64,000 bases of DNA from Vicinamibacterales bacterium (GTDB lineage: Bacteria > Acidobacteriota > Vicinamibacteria > Vicinamibacterales > UBA2999), in assembly GCA_050185275.1 (NCBI GenBank), contig JBFWZN010000001.1, positions 202,621-266,620 on the forward strand, in the 5' to 3' direction. Shown here piece by piece: positions 46,322-54,382 of this stretch. The position numbers were made by a program, and so were the translations under genes. The notes beneath the pieces were generated by a model. The model was not told the DNA's origin, ran no database searches, and saw only the letters and a list, made by a program, of their open reading frames with translations. Every line of letters begins with the position of its first letter. Within the stretch, counting starts at the first letter, position 1.

Positions 46322-46945
46322 CTAGGGCGCCGGCGGATCGAACGTCGTGGTGCTGTTGTTGAAGCGTTCGACCGCTTCTCGATCGCCCGGGTACCAGAAG
46401 TCGAGGTGACAGGCCTCGCAGGCCGCGTCGATGGCGCTCCCGGCGTCGAAGAGCTGATCGCCCTGCCGGGCCTTCACGATGTCGAGCACCTTCATGGCTT
46501 CCTGCTGCAGGCGGTCGATGTGTGACGCCCACAACTCGGGGCTGGCGGCAATCTTGGCTTCGACCTCCGCCGGCGGCAGTTCGCCCGGGTTCTTGGCGAC
46601 GTTGTCGTCAGCCGGAGCCACCCGGCGTGGCAAGCGCAGCAGATTCATGCCCTCCGCCATCGTCAACGCACCCCGCTGGACCTCGGCCCAGTCGTCGTCG
46701 GTTTCGGGAAACGTTTCCACGACGCCCGCGTCGGTCACGTCGGCCCCGACCGCGTCGAACACGCCGTCAGACGCCGGGTCGATGATGTACGTCATCAGCT
46801 CGCGGATCGACACGATGGGGGCGATGGCGGCCTCGGCGGGAGAGACGACCTCGGCGGCTGGGGGGGGCGTCGAACACTGGGTCAGCAGGATGCCGGCCGT
46901 GACGAGCAGCACGGCCCTCGTACCTGCGGAGCGATAAGCGGACAT
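46322..46945 (-). CDS. lipoprotein cytochrome c, class II (cytochrome c'/c556-like)
   Basis: Start at internal MSAYRSAGT. Lipobox-like ILLTQC. A single haem motif near the C-terminus (AACEACHLDFWYP) in an otherwise helical protein. Confidence 0.6.
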   Translation of the reverse strand: MSAYRSAGTRAVLLVTAGILLTQCSTPPPAAEVVSPAEAAIAPIVSIRELMTYIIDPASDGVFDAVGADVTDAGVVETFPETDDDWAEVQRGALTMAEGMNLLRLPRRVAPADDNVAKNPGELPPAEVEAKIAASPELWASHIDRLQQEAMKVLDIVKARQGDQLFDAGSAIDAACEACHLDFWYPGDREAVERFNNSTTTFDPPAP

Positions 46946-47046
46946 GGGCATCCTTTCTTGAGAGAACAGGTCGCCACATACTAGAACCATCGGGCCGGTC
47001 AGAACCTGAAGACTTCCTGAAGCGGCCGTCAGGCCGCCGGGACGAC

Positions 47047-47070
47047 GGAAGGGCGCAGGTCGCGCCCTCC
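47047..47070 (-). terminator. candidate stem-loop terminator downstream of recA
   Basis: GGA-A-GGGCGC-aggtc-GCGCCC-TCC about 60 nt after the recA stop. A second hairpin GCGGCC-gtca-GGCCGC lies at 47022-47037. There is no U-tract. Confidence 0.4.
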
Positions 47071-47131
47071 TCGCCGCCCCGGATAGCGCGGGCAGGCTGA
47101 TTCACGAGCGTCCGTGGTGGTCGGGTACGAA

Positions 47132-48160
47132 TCAGACGCTGGCGGGTTCGGGCTCCCGGACCAGTCCCAGCTCCCGGCGCAGCCGGTCCTCGATGGTCTG
47201 TCGCACCTCGGGGTTGGCCTTCAGGAACTGCTTCACGTTCTCGCGCCCCTGTCCGAGGCGCTCCCCGCCGTAGGCGAACCAGGCGCCGCTCTTCTCCACG
47301 ATGCGACGCTCGACGGCCATGTCGAGCAGGTCGCCTTCCCGTGAAATGCCCTCGCCGTACATCACGTCGAACTCGGCCTCACGGAAGGGGGGCGCCATCT
47401 TGTTCTTGACCACCTTCACGCGCGTCCGCCCGCCGACGACCTGATCGCCGTCCTTGATGCTGGCGATGCGACGGATGTCGATACGGACCGACGCGTAGAA
47501 TTTGAGCGCGCGCCCGCCGGTGGTCGTTTCCGGGTTGCCGAACATCACGCCAATCTTCTCGCGCAGCTGGTTGATGAACACCAGCGTCGTGTTGGACTTC
47601 GACACCACACCCGTCAGCTTGCGGAGGGCCTGGGACATCAGGCGCGCCTGCAGGCCCATCTGGGCCTCGCCCATCTCGCCCTCGATCTCGGCCTTCGGCA
47701 CCAGCGCCGCCACCGAGTCGACGATCACCACGTCCACGCCCCCCGACCGGATGAGGACCTCGACGATTTCGAGGGCTTGTTCGCCGTTGTCCGGCTGCGA
47801 CACCAGCAGGTTTTCGAGATCGACGCCGAGCTTCTGCGCGTACTGGGCGTCGAGGGCGTGCTCGGCATCCACGAAGGCGGCCATGCCGCCGGCCCGCTGG
47901 GCCTCAGCAATGATCTGCAGTGCCAGCGTGGTCTTACCGGACGATTCAGGGCCGAAGATCTCGACGACCCGTCCGCGGGGGACGCCGCCGATACCCAGGG
48001 CGTAGTCGATGCTGATGGAGCCGGTGGAGATGGACTCGACCGGCATGCTGGCGTGGCGCTGGCCGAGGCGCATGATCGAACCCTTGCCAAACTGCTTTTC
48101 GATCTGGCCAACGGCGATGTCGAGCGCCTTGGTGCGTTCCTTGGTGTCCTCGGGCGGCAT
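47132..48160 (-). CDS. recA: recombinase RecA
   Basis: Unmistakable RecA sequence: [22 protein letters not shown], Walker [22 protein letters not shown] and [26 protein letters not shown] Shine-Dalgarno 6 nt upstream. Confidence 0.97.
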   Translation of the reverse strand: MPPEDTKERTKALDIAVGQIEKQFGKGSIMRLGQRHASMPVESISTGSISIDYALGIGGVPRGRVVEIFGPESSGKTTLALQIIAEAQRAGGMAAFVDAEHALDAQYAQKLGVDLENLLVSQPDNGEQALEIVEVLIRSGGVDVVIVDSVAALVPKAEIEGEMGEAQMGLQARLMSQALRKLTGVVSKSNTTLVFINQLREKIGVMFGNPETTTGGRALKFYASVRIDIRRIASIKDGDQVVGGRTRVKVVKNKMAPPFREAEFDVMYGEGISREGDLLDMAVERRIVEKSGAWFAYGGERLGQGRENVKQFLKANPEVRQTIEDRLRRELGLVREPEPASV

Positions 48161-48285
48161 GCAAGCTCCTTAAGGGCGGGCGAAAGAGGTCGAATTGCCC
48201 CGGCATCTGCCGGGCGCACGGCGCCATGCCGCACGCACGCCAGTGTGTGGTGAACCGGTGACAGGGGAGGTCACGACCGCGGTCG

Positions 48286-48314
48286 ATCCTAGGAACATGC
48301 CACGCGAAAGTCAA
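48286..48314 (-). promoter_or_regulatory. candidate sigma70-type promoter for recA
   Basis: On the minus strand: TTGACT (48314-48309), a 17-nt spacer, then TAGGAT (48291-48286). It lies about 125 nt upstream of the recA ATG, within a locally AT-richer island. Confidence 0.4.
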
Positions 48315-48560
48315 GCGAAAATAGACTCGCCTGGAACGGATCCAGATGTTATGGATCAATAACTTAGGGCTGTCGACGCGACAGGGGGGCTGAGTTGCCA
48401 TTTCAGGTACGGCCACGGGTCGGCCCCGGCGGCGATGCGCAATGTGCGCCGTCCATGCTGGGGCGAATCCCGTCGGTGGGGCGTCTCAGCGATCCGCGGC
48501 GAATGGCCCGCCAGCACCCGCACGTCAGAGGCTGGATCAGCCAGAGCAGGCGTGCCCGGT

Positions 48561-49745
48561 TCAGATGTCCCGTTCCACCGCCAGCGCCACACCGTTGCCG
48601 CCTCCCAGGCACAGCGTGGCGATGCCCCGTCGCAGACCACGGTGCGTGAGCGCGTGGAGCAGGGTGGTGAGGATGCGTGCGCCGCTGGCGCCGATCGGAT
48701 GACCGAGGGCCACGGCCCCGCCGTGGACGTTGACTCTGGCCGGGTCGAGGCGGAGTTCGCCGAGGACCGCGACGGCCTGCGCGGCGAAGGCCTCGTTCAG
48801 CTCGAGCAGATCCACCATGTCCAGGGACCAGCCGGTCTTGCGCAGGAGCTTGCGGACCGCCTCGACCGGTGTCATCAGCAGGAGCCGTGGCGAGAGCCCG
48901 CTCGTCGTCTGCGCGACGATGCGCGCGAGGGGAGCCACGCCAAGGGCGGATGCGCGCGCCTGCGACATCAGCACCAGCGCGGCGGCGCCGTCACTGAGCG
49001 GCGGGGCATTGCCCGCGGTGACCGTGCCCCCATCCTTGAAGGCGGGCCGCAGCGCGGCCAGGGCGGACACGCTGGTGTCGGCACGCACCGACTCGTCCCG
49101 CGAGACCACACCACGCCCCTGACGGCCGAGGTCCACCTCCACGGGCTGGATCTCGGCGTCGAGGGCTCCCGCCGCGAGGGCGCGAGCGGCCTTCGCGTGG
49201 CTCTCGGCTGCGAACACGTCCTGTTGCTCGCGGGTGACGTGGTACGTCTCCGCGACGATCTCCGCGGCCACACCCATGTGATGCTGCTCGAACGCACACC
49301 ACAAGCCGTCGTGCAGCACCGAGTCGATGAGCACGCCGTTGCCCATGCGGAGGCCCTCGCGGAGACGTGGCACGAGATGGGGCGCGTTGCTCATCGACTC
49401 CATCCCGCCGGCCACCACGACATCGACGTCACCGGTGGCAATGCCCTGCGCGGCCAGCATGACCGCCTTGAGACCGGAGCCGCACACCTTGTTGATCGTC
49501 AGCGCGGCGGAACCGGCATCGAGACCGGCGCCCAGGGCGGCCTGTCGTGCGGGCGCCTGGCCGGCGCCCGCCGAGAGCACGTGGCCCATGATGCACTCCT
49601 CGATCGTGCCGGGCTCGACCCCGGCCCGGCGCACCGCCTCCCGGATCACCAGGGAACCGAGCTGCGGCGCCGTCAGGCTCTTGAGGCCTCCCAGGAACTT
49701 GCCGGTCGGAGTCCGTACGGCCGAGACGATGACCACGTCATTCAC
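48561..49745 (-). CDS. acetyl-CoA C-acetyltransferase (thiolase II)
   Basis: GTG start at 49745 with GAGGGA 8 nt upstream, giving (M)[16 protein letters not shown]. Active-site region [13 protein letters not shown]-terminal [21 protein letters not shown] and [13 protein letters not shown]. Confidence 0.93.
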   Translation of the reverse strand: MNDVVIVSAVRTPTGKFLGGLKSLTAPQLGSLVIREAVRRAGVEPGTIEECIMGHVLSAGAGQAPARQAALGAGLDAGSAALTINKVCGSGLKAVMLAAQGIATGDVDVVVAGGMESMSNAPHLVPRLREGLRMGNGVLIDSVLHDGLWCAFEQHHMGVAAEIVAETYHVTREQQDVFAAESHAKAARALAAGALDAEIQPVEVDLGRQGRGVVSRDESVRADTSVSALAALRPAFKDGGTVTAGNAPPLSDGAAALVLMSQARASALGVAPLARIVAQTTSGLSPRLLLMTPVEAVRKLLRKTGWSLDMVDLLELNEAFAAQAVAVLGELRLDPARVNVHGGAVALGHPIGASGARILTTLLHALTHRGLRRGIATLCLGGGNGVALAVERDI

Positions 49746-49783
49746 GAACAGTCCCTCGTTGTACGCCGTACGGGCGTGCGCGC

Positions 49784-50062
49784 CTAGGGCGCGAAGATGT
49801 CGAGCCGGGCCACGACGCCTGGCCCGAGCAGCTCCGACAGCTTCGCCAGGATGGCTGGCGCCGAGCGTTGCAGCTCGCGCTGCCAGGTGGCGTCTGGAGT
49901 CCGCACACGCAGCGTATCCCCGGCGAGCGCCACCGACGTGACGCGGGACACCGCCGTACCGACGACCGTATGCCACGCGAAGGCCACCTTGTCATCGCTC
50001 AGGGGCGCCCGCTGCAGCACATGTCTGAGGAGTCCGGGGATGAGGGCGCGAGCCGGGATCAC
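49784..50062 (-). CDS. DUF721-family protein
   Basis: C-terminal 92 codons of the listed ORF, from a GTG start: IPARALIPGLLRHV...KVAFAWHTVVGTAVSRVTSVALAGDTLRVRTPDATWQRELQRSAPAILAKL, a typical DUF721 pattern. The start codon is uncertain. Confidence 0.6.
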   Translation of the reverse strand: MIPARALIPGLLRHVLQRAPLSDDKVAFAWHTVVGTAVSRVTSVALAGDTLRVRTPDATWQRELQRSAPAILAKLSELLGPGVVARLDIFAP

Positions 50063-50126
50063 GCGTGGGACGATAGCATTGTGCTGAGCGGAACGGTATA
50101 GTGTCGCGTGCTGATGAGTCCCATTG

Positions 50127-50771
50127 ATGAGCGAGTCCGCTAGTCCCCCGGTATCCATCGCGTCACCCGGCGGTCGCCTCGTCCTCGCGTCCGCCTCTCC
50201 TCGTCGAGCCGAACTCCTCCGGACCGCCGGTATCGCCTTCGACATGCTCTCTGCCGAGGTCGACGAGTCGATCCAGCCCGGGGAGACCGCCGATGTGCTG
50301 GTGCGCCGCCTCGCGGAGGCGAAGGCGAAGGCCGTGTTGCCACACGCCGCGGGCCGTCCGGTCCTGGCCGCCGACACGATTGTCGCCGTGGAGGACGCCG
50401 TGCTCGGCAAGCCCAGGGACGCGGCGCATGCGGCGACCATGCTGCGGATGCTGTCCGGTCGCCAGCACCGCGTGCTGACCGGGGTGGCACTGATGAGCGG
50501 CGGCACGCTCTCGACGCTTCCGCGTGGCGCTCCGCGTCCGGCGAGCGTGCGCATGGTCAAGGTGGCGACGACCCTGGTCGAGATGGCCCCGTTGTCGCGC
50601 GACGAGATCGACTGGTACATCTCAACAGGGGAACCGCTCGACAAGGCCGGGGGCTACGCCATTCAGGGGCTCGGTTCCCGCTTCATCGCCCGGGTCGACG
50701 GGTCGTACGCCAATGTCGTCGGTCTCCCGGTCGCGCTGGTCTACGCCATGTTGCGGGAAGCCGGACTGTGA
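50127..50771 (+). CDS. maf: Maf-family nucleoside triphosphate pyrophosphatase
   Basis: LVLASASPRRAELL, LAADTIV, GKP, YISTGEPLDKAGGYAIQG and GSYANVVGLP. I prefer the ATG at 50127 to the TTG at 50124. Confidence 0.9.
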   Translation: MSESASPPVSIASPGGRLVLASASPRRAELLRTAGIAFDMLSAEVDESIQPGETADVLVRRLAEAKAKAVLPHAAGRPVLAADTIVAVEDAVLGKPRDAAHAATMLRMLSGRQHRVLTGVALMSGGTLSTLPRGAPRPASVRMVKVATTLVEMAPLSRDEIDWYISTGEPLDKAGGYAIQGLGSRFIARVDGSYANVVGLPVALVYAMLREAGL

Positions 50772-50815
50772 ACTATTCTGGGTAGGGCAATCAGGCCCGT
50801 CGAGACACTGAAATC

Positions 50816-51262
50816 ATGAGCCGAAAAACTGTGCGCATCGGGTTGACCGGCGTGGTGCTCGTGGGTGCCTTCGCCGGGCTGATGTACTCGACACTGAGCG
50901 AGGGCACCGAGTACTACAAGCACGTGGACGAGGTGATGGTCGCGCCCCAGGACTGGGAGGGGAAGCGCCTGCAACTCCATGGCTACGTGGTGCCCAACTC
51001 GATCCTTCGCAAGCGCGACTCCCTGGAGTATCGCTTCCAGGTCCACAGCAACGGCGAGGTCGTGCAGGCGTCGTACACGGGCATCGTGCCCGACACGTTC
51101 ACCGATGACGCCGAAGTCGTGCTGAAGGGCGTGCTCACCCCGCACGGGTTCGAGGTGCAGCCCGACGGTGTCATGGCCAAGTGCCCATCGAAGTACGAGG
51201 CAGCGCCCGCAGTGGGCCCTGCAGCTGGCGCGTCCAGCGTGGTGCCCGCGGGTAGCGACTGA
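50816..51262 (+). CDS. ccmE: cytochrome c maturation haem chaperone CcmE, CxxxY variant
   Basis: N-terminal TM anchor and OB-fold-like core (RLQLHGYVV...EYRFQV...VLKGVL). Cys-123 (51182-51184) and Tyr-127 (51194-51196) in VMAKCPSKYEA occupy the position of the usual HxxxY. Confidence 0.88.
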   Translation: MSRKTVRIGLTGVVLVGAFAGLMYSTLSEGTEYYKHVDEVMVAPQDWEGKRLQLHGYVVPNSILRKRDSLEYRFQVHSNGEVVQASYTGIVPDTFTDDAEVVLKGVLTPHGFEVQPDGVMAKCPSKYEAAPAVGPAAGASSVVPAGSD

Positions 51263-53730
51263 TGGCGACCCTGGGTTCGTACCTGCTGCTTGCGGCCTTC
51301 GTGGTCTGCGCCTATGCCGCGGCCATGTCCGTTGCGGGCGCCCGCAGGCGGTCCCAGCGGCTCGTGGAAAGCGGCGTCGGCGCCTTCTACCTGGTCGCGG
51401 CCATCATGGCGGCCGCCTCGGCGATCATCGTCCACGCCTTCGTCGTGGGCGACTACTCGATCCGCTACGTCCAGCGGTACTCCGACTCGGCGCAGCCCCT
51501 CTTCTACAAGATCACGTCGTACTGGGGCGGCCTGGACGGGTCGATCATGTTCTGGGTCTTCATGCTGTCGCTCTTCGGCAGCGCCGCCGTGTACGTGAAC
51601 AGGGAGCGGCACCGCGAACTCATCCCGTACGTGATCGCCGTGATCGCCACCGTGCAGATGTTCTTCCTGTTCCTGATGGTGGTGCACAACAATCCGTTCG
51701 CCACCTACCTCACGGAGAACCCTACGGACGGGCAGGGTCTCAATCCCCTGTTGCAGAACTTCTACATGGTCATCCACCCACCGACCATGTATCTGGGATT
51801 CGTGGGCCTGACCATCCCCTATGCCTTCGGCATGGCCGCGCTCATCACCGGCCACCTCGACGACGCCTGGCTGCGGGCAGTCCGGCGCTGGACGATGTTT
51901 GCGTGGTTCTTCCTCTCCTTCGGCCTGATGCTCGGCATGATCTGGGCGTACGAGGAGCTCGGGTGGGGCGGGTACTGGGGCTGGGATCCGGTCGAGAACG
52001 CCGGGCTGCTGCCGTGGTTCACGGCCACCGCCTTCCTGCACTCGGTCATGGTGCAGGAGCGCCGGGGCATGCTCCGCGTGTGGAACGTGACGCTCGTCAT
52101 CACCACGTTCTTCCTGACGATCTTCGGAACCTTCATGACGCGGTCCGGCGTCGTCCAGTCGGTGCATGCGTTCGGGGAGGACGTCCAGCTGGCACGCTTG
52201 TTCACCATCTTCATGGTGGCCATCGTCGTCGTCAGCTTCGGGCTGGTCATTCACCGGCTGCCGATGCTGCGGGCCCGCAACGAGCTGGACTCGTGGGTGT
52301 CCCGCGAGGCCGCATTCCTGGTCAACAACTGGATCCTGCTCTTCGCGGCGCTCTTCGTGCTCTTCGCCACGATGTTCCCCACCCTCAGTGAGGCCGTCAC
52401 CGGCGAGCGGCTCACCGTCGGCCCGCCGTTCTTCAACCGGTGGATGCTCCCGATCGGGCTCATCCTGCTGGGGCTGACGGGGGTTGGACCGCTGCTGGCC
52501 TGGCGGAAGTCGACGCTCGTCAACCTGCGCGATTCCTTCCTCATCCCCGTGTCGGCAGGCATCATCGTCGGCGGGGTGGTGGTGGCCCTCGGCGTGCGCG
52601 TGTGGAGTTCGGGCATCTGCTTCGCGCTGAGCGGATTCGTGGCCGGCACCATCGGCCAGGAGTTCTGGCGCGGCGCGCGGGTGAGGCAGCAGACGACCGG
52701 GACCGACGTGTTCACGGCCCTGGTCGGACTCGTGGGGCGGAACAAGCGTCGGTACGGCGGCTACATCGTCCATGCCGGAATCGTGCTCATGTTCCTCGGC
52801 TTCGCGGGCGAGGGGTTCAAGCAGGAGGAACAGGCGGCCCTGCGCCCAGGGCAGGAAGCCACAGTTGGCGATCTGACCGTGCGCAACAACGGCGTCCGCG
52901 TGACCGACGACGGCCAGAAGCAGATGATCACGGCGGACACCGTGGTCCTCCGCGACGGCGAGGAAGTGGCCCGGATGTACCCGGCACGGTGGTACTTCCG
53001 GAAGCACGAGCAGGAACCCACGACCGAGGTGGCCATCCGCCGGGGGTTTGCGGAAGACATCTACATCGTGCTCGCCGAGTTCGACCTCGAGACGCAGACG
53101 GCCAGCCTCAAGATAGTGATCAACCCGCTGGTCAACTGGATCTGGTTCGGGTTCGGCATCATGGCGCTCGGCACGGGCATCGCCCTGCTGCCCGAGACCA
53201 TGTTCGCCCTGGCGGTCGCGCGTGTGCCGGCACACGCGGCTACCACCATGCTCCTGCTGCTGGGCGCCCTGCTCGCCGGGCCGCGTACCGCGTCCGCGCA
53301 GCATGTCGAAGGCCCCTCCGATGGCCCTGTCGTGACGCGAACGCCGCTCGAACGCGAGGTGGGCGGTGCCCTCGTGTGCATGTGCGGCACGTGCGGCCGG
53401 CAACTGGCGGGGGAGTGTGCCTGCGGATACGCGTCCTCGATGCGTGCGGAGATCGCCGGGCTGGTCGAGCAGGGCATGAGCAAGCAACAGATTCTCGACT
53501 ACTACGTGACGAAGTACGGCAGCCAGGAAGTGCTCGCCTCGCCGATCGATGAAGGGTTCAACCGCCTCGCCTGGCTCGTCCCGTATCTCGTCGCCGGTGG
53601 CGCTCTCGTGGGCGTCTTCGTGGCGGCCCGTCGCTGGACCGCCCCCGCTCCTGCCTTCGCCTCACCCGATACGCCACTCGAGCCCGGTCTCGAGGCTCGC
53701 CTCGAAGATGAGCTCCGGAACCTCGACTGA
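51262..53730 (+). CDS. ccmF: CcmF haem lyase fused in frame to a CcmH-like module
   Basis: TGATG overlap with ccmE. The WWD motif LGWGGYWGWDPVENAGLLPW and about 15 TM helices end in the typical PLVNWIWFGFGIMALGTGIALLPE. The frame then continues without a stop into MFALAVARVPAHAATTMLLLLGALLAGPRTASAQ (signal-like, ATG at 53200). A CcmH-like domain follows (CMCGTCG...MRAEIAGLVEQGMSKQQILDYYVTKYGSQEVLASP) plus a C-terminal TM helix. Confidence 0.88.
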   Translation: MATLGSYLLLAAFVVCAYAAAMSVAGARRRSQRLVESGVGAFYLVAAIMAAASAIIVHAFVVGDYSIRYVQRYSDSAQPLFYKITSYWGGLDGSIMFWVFMLSLFGSAAVYVNRERHRELIPYVIAVIATVQMFFLFLMVVHNNPFATYLTENPTDGQGLNPLLQNFYMVIHPPTMYLGFVGLTIPYAFGMAALITGHLDDAWLRAVRRWTMFAWFFLSFGLMLGMIWAYEELGWGGYWGWDPVENAGLLPWFTATAFLHSVMVQERRGMLRVWNVTLVITTFFLTIFGTFMTRSGVVQSVHAFGEDVQLARLFTIFMVAIVVVSFGLVIHRLPMLRARNELDSWVSREAAFLVNNWILLFAALFVLFATMFPTLSEAVTGERLTVGPPFFNRWMLPIGLILLGLTGVGPLLAWRKSTLVNLRDSFLIPVSAGIIVGGVVVALGVRVWSSGICFALSGFVAGTIGQEFWRGARVRQQTTGTDVFTALVGLVGRNKRRYGGYIVHAGIVLMFLGFAGEGFKQEEQAALRPGQEATVGDLTVRNNGVRVTDDGQKQMITADTVVLRDGEEVARMYPARWYFRKHEQEPTTEVAIRRGFAEDIYIVLAEFDLETQTASLKIVINPLVNWIWFGFGIMALGTGIALLPETMFALAVARVPAHAATTMLLLLGALLAGPRTASAQHVEGPSDGPVVTRTPLEREVGGALVCMCGTCGRQLAGECACGYASSMRAEIAGLVEQGMSKQQILDYYVTKYGSQEVLASPIDEGFNRLAWLVPYLVAGGALVGVFVAARRWTAPAPAFASPDTPLEPGLEARLEDELRNLD

Positions 53731-54382
53731 GCCTGACGCCCTCCAGCCCTGGCAGCTCTTCACGCTGGCTGGCCTGATCGGCGCCACGGCGGTGGTGTTC
53801 CTGGCATCCGGGCAGTCGCCCGCCGCCATCGTGCTCCTCAGCCTCACGGTGTTCGCGGCAGCAGCCGTCGGCGCGGCCGCGTGGCGCACCTTTGGTCCGT
53901 TGGCCGGCGATGACGACATGGCGGCGCAGCGGACGCTGGGCGGGCGGACACGTGCGGCGCTCGAGCGGGAGAAGGCCCTCGCACTCCGGTCGATCAAGGA
54001 ACTCGAGTTCGATCGCGCGATGGGGAAGGTCTCCGATCGCGATTTCGCCGAGATGACCACCCGTCTGCGCGCGCGGGCCGTGCGGTTGATCCGTCAGCTC
54101 GATGCCGGCGCAGGGTACCGCGAGGCCATCGAGCGGGAGCTGGAGCGTCGGCTCCCCGCGGCACCCGGCGGTGTTCCGCCCGCGGCCGCCGCCCTCGGGT
54201 CGGCTCCGGACGGGACTCCGGCAGCACCCACCGCGAGGGTCCCGCTCACCGGCCCGCCCGAGGGCGCGGCGGCCGCTGTCACTGTGCCGGCTTCGATGAC
54301 CGCCTGTTCGGCATGCGGCGCCGACAACGATCCGGATGCCAGGTTCTGCAAGCACTGCGGAACGCGGATGGAGCGCGCATGA
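53708..54382 (+). CDS. membrane protein with 2 TM helices, a coiled segment and a C-terminal zinc ribbon (function unknown; possible CcmI-N-like)
   Basis: Start at internal MSSGTST, overlapping the ccmF 3' end by 23 nt. TM helices LFTLAGLIGATAVVFLA and AIVLLSLTVFAAAAVGAAAW. Helical segment ALRSIKELEFDRAMGKVSDRDFAEMTTRLRARAVRLIRQLD. Zinc ribbon CSACGADNDPDARFCKHCG. Confidence 0.6.
   Translation: MSSGTSTEPDALQPWQLFTLAGLIGATAVVFLASGQSPAAIVLLSLTVFAAAAVGAAAWRTFGPLAGDDDMAAQRTLGGRTRAALEREKALALRSIKELEFDRAMGKVSDRDFAEMTTRLRARAVRLIRQLDAGAGYREAIERELERRLPAAPGGVPPAAAALGSAPDGTPAAPTARVPLTGPPEGAAAAVTVPASMTACSACGADNDPDARFCKHCGTRMERA

Noticed and set aside
48370-48384. CTGTCGACGCGACAG palindrome as an E. coli-type LexA (SOS) box upstream of recA
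   Set aside because: The spacing is CTGT-N7-ACAG, not N8. It also lies about 55 bp upstream of the predicted -35 element rather than overlapping the promoter. I kept it only as part of the recA-upstream finding.
50983-53487. 834-aa minus-strand ORF opposite ccmF
   Set aside because: This is an antisense shadow of a clearly identified CcmF (WWD motif and TM helices). Its composition is dominated by R, H, E, D, G and P.
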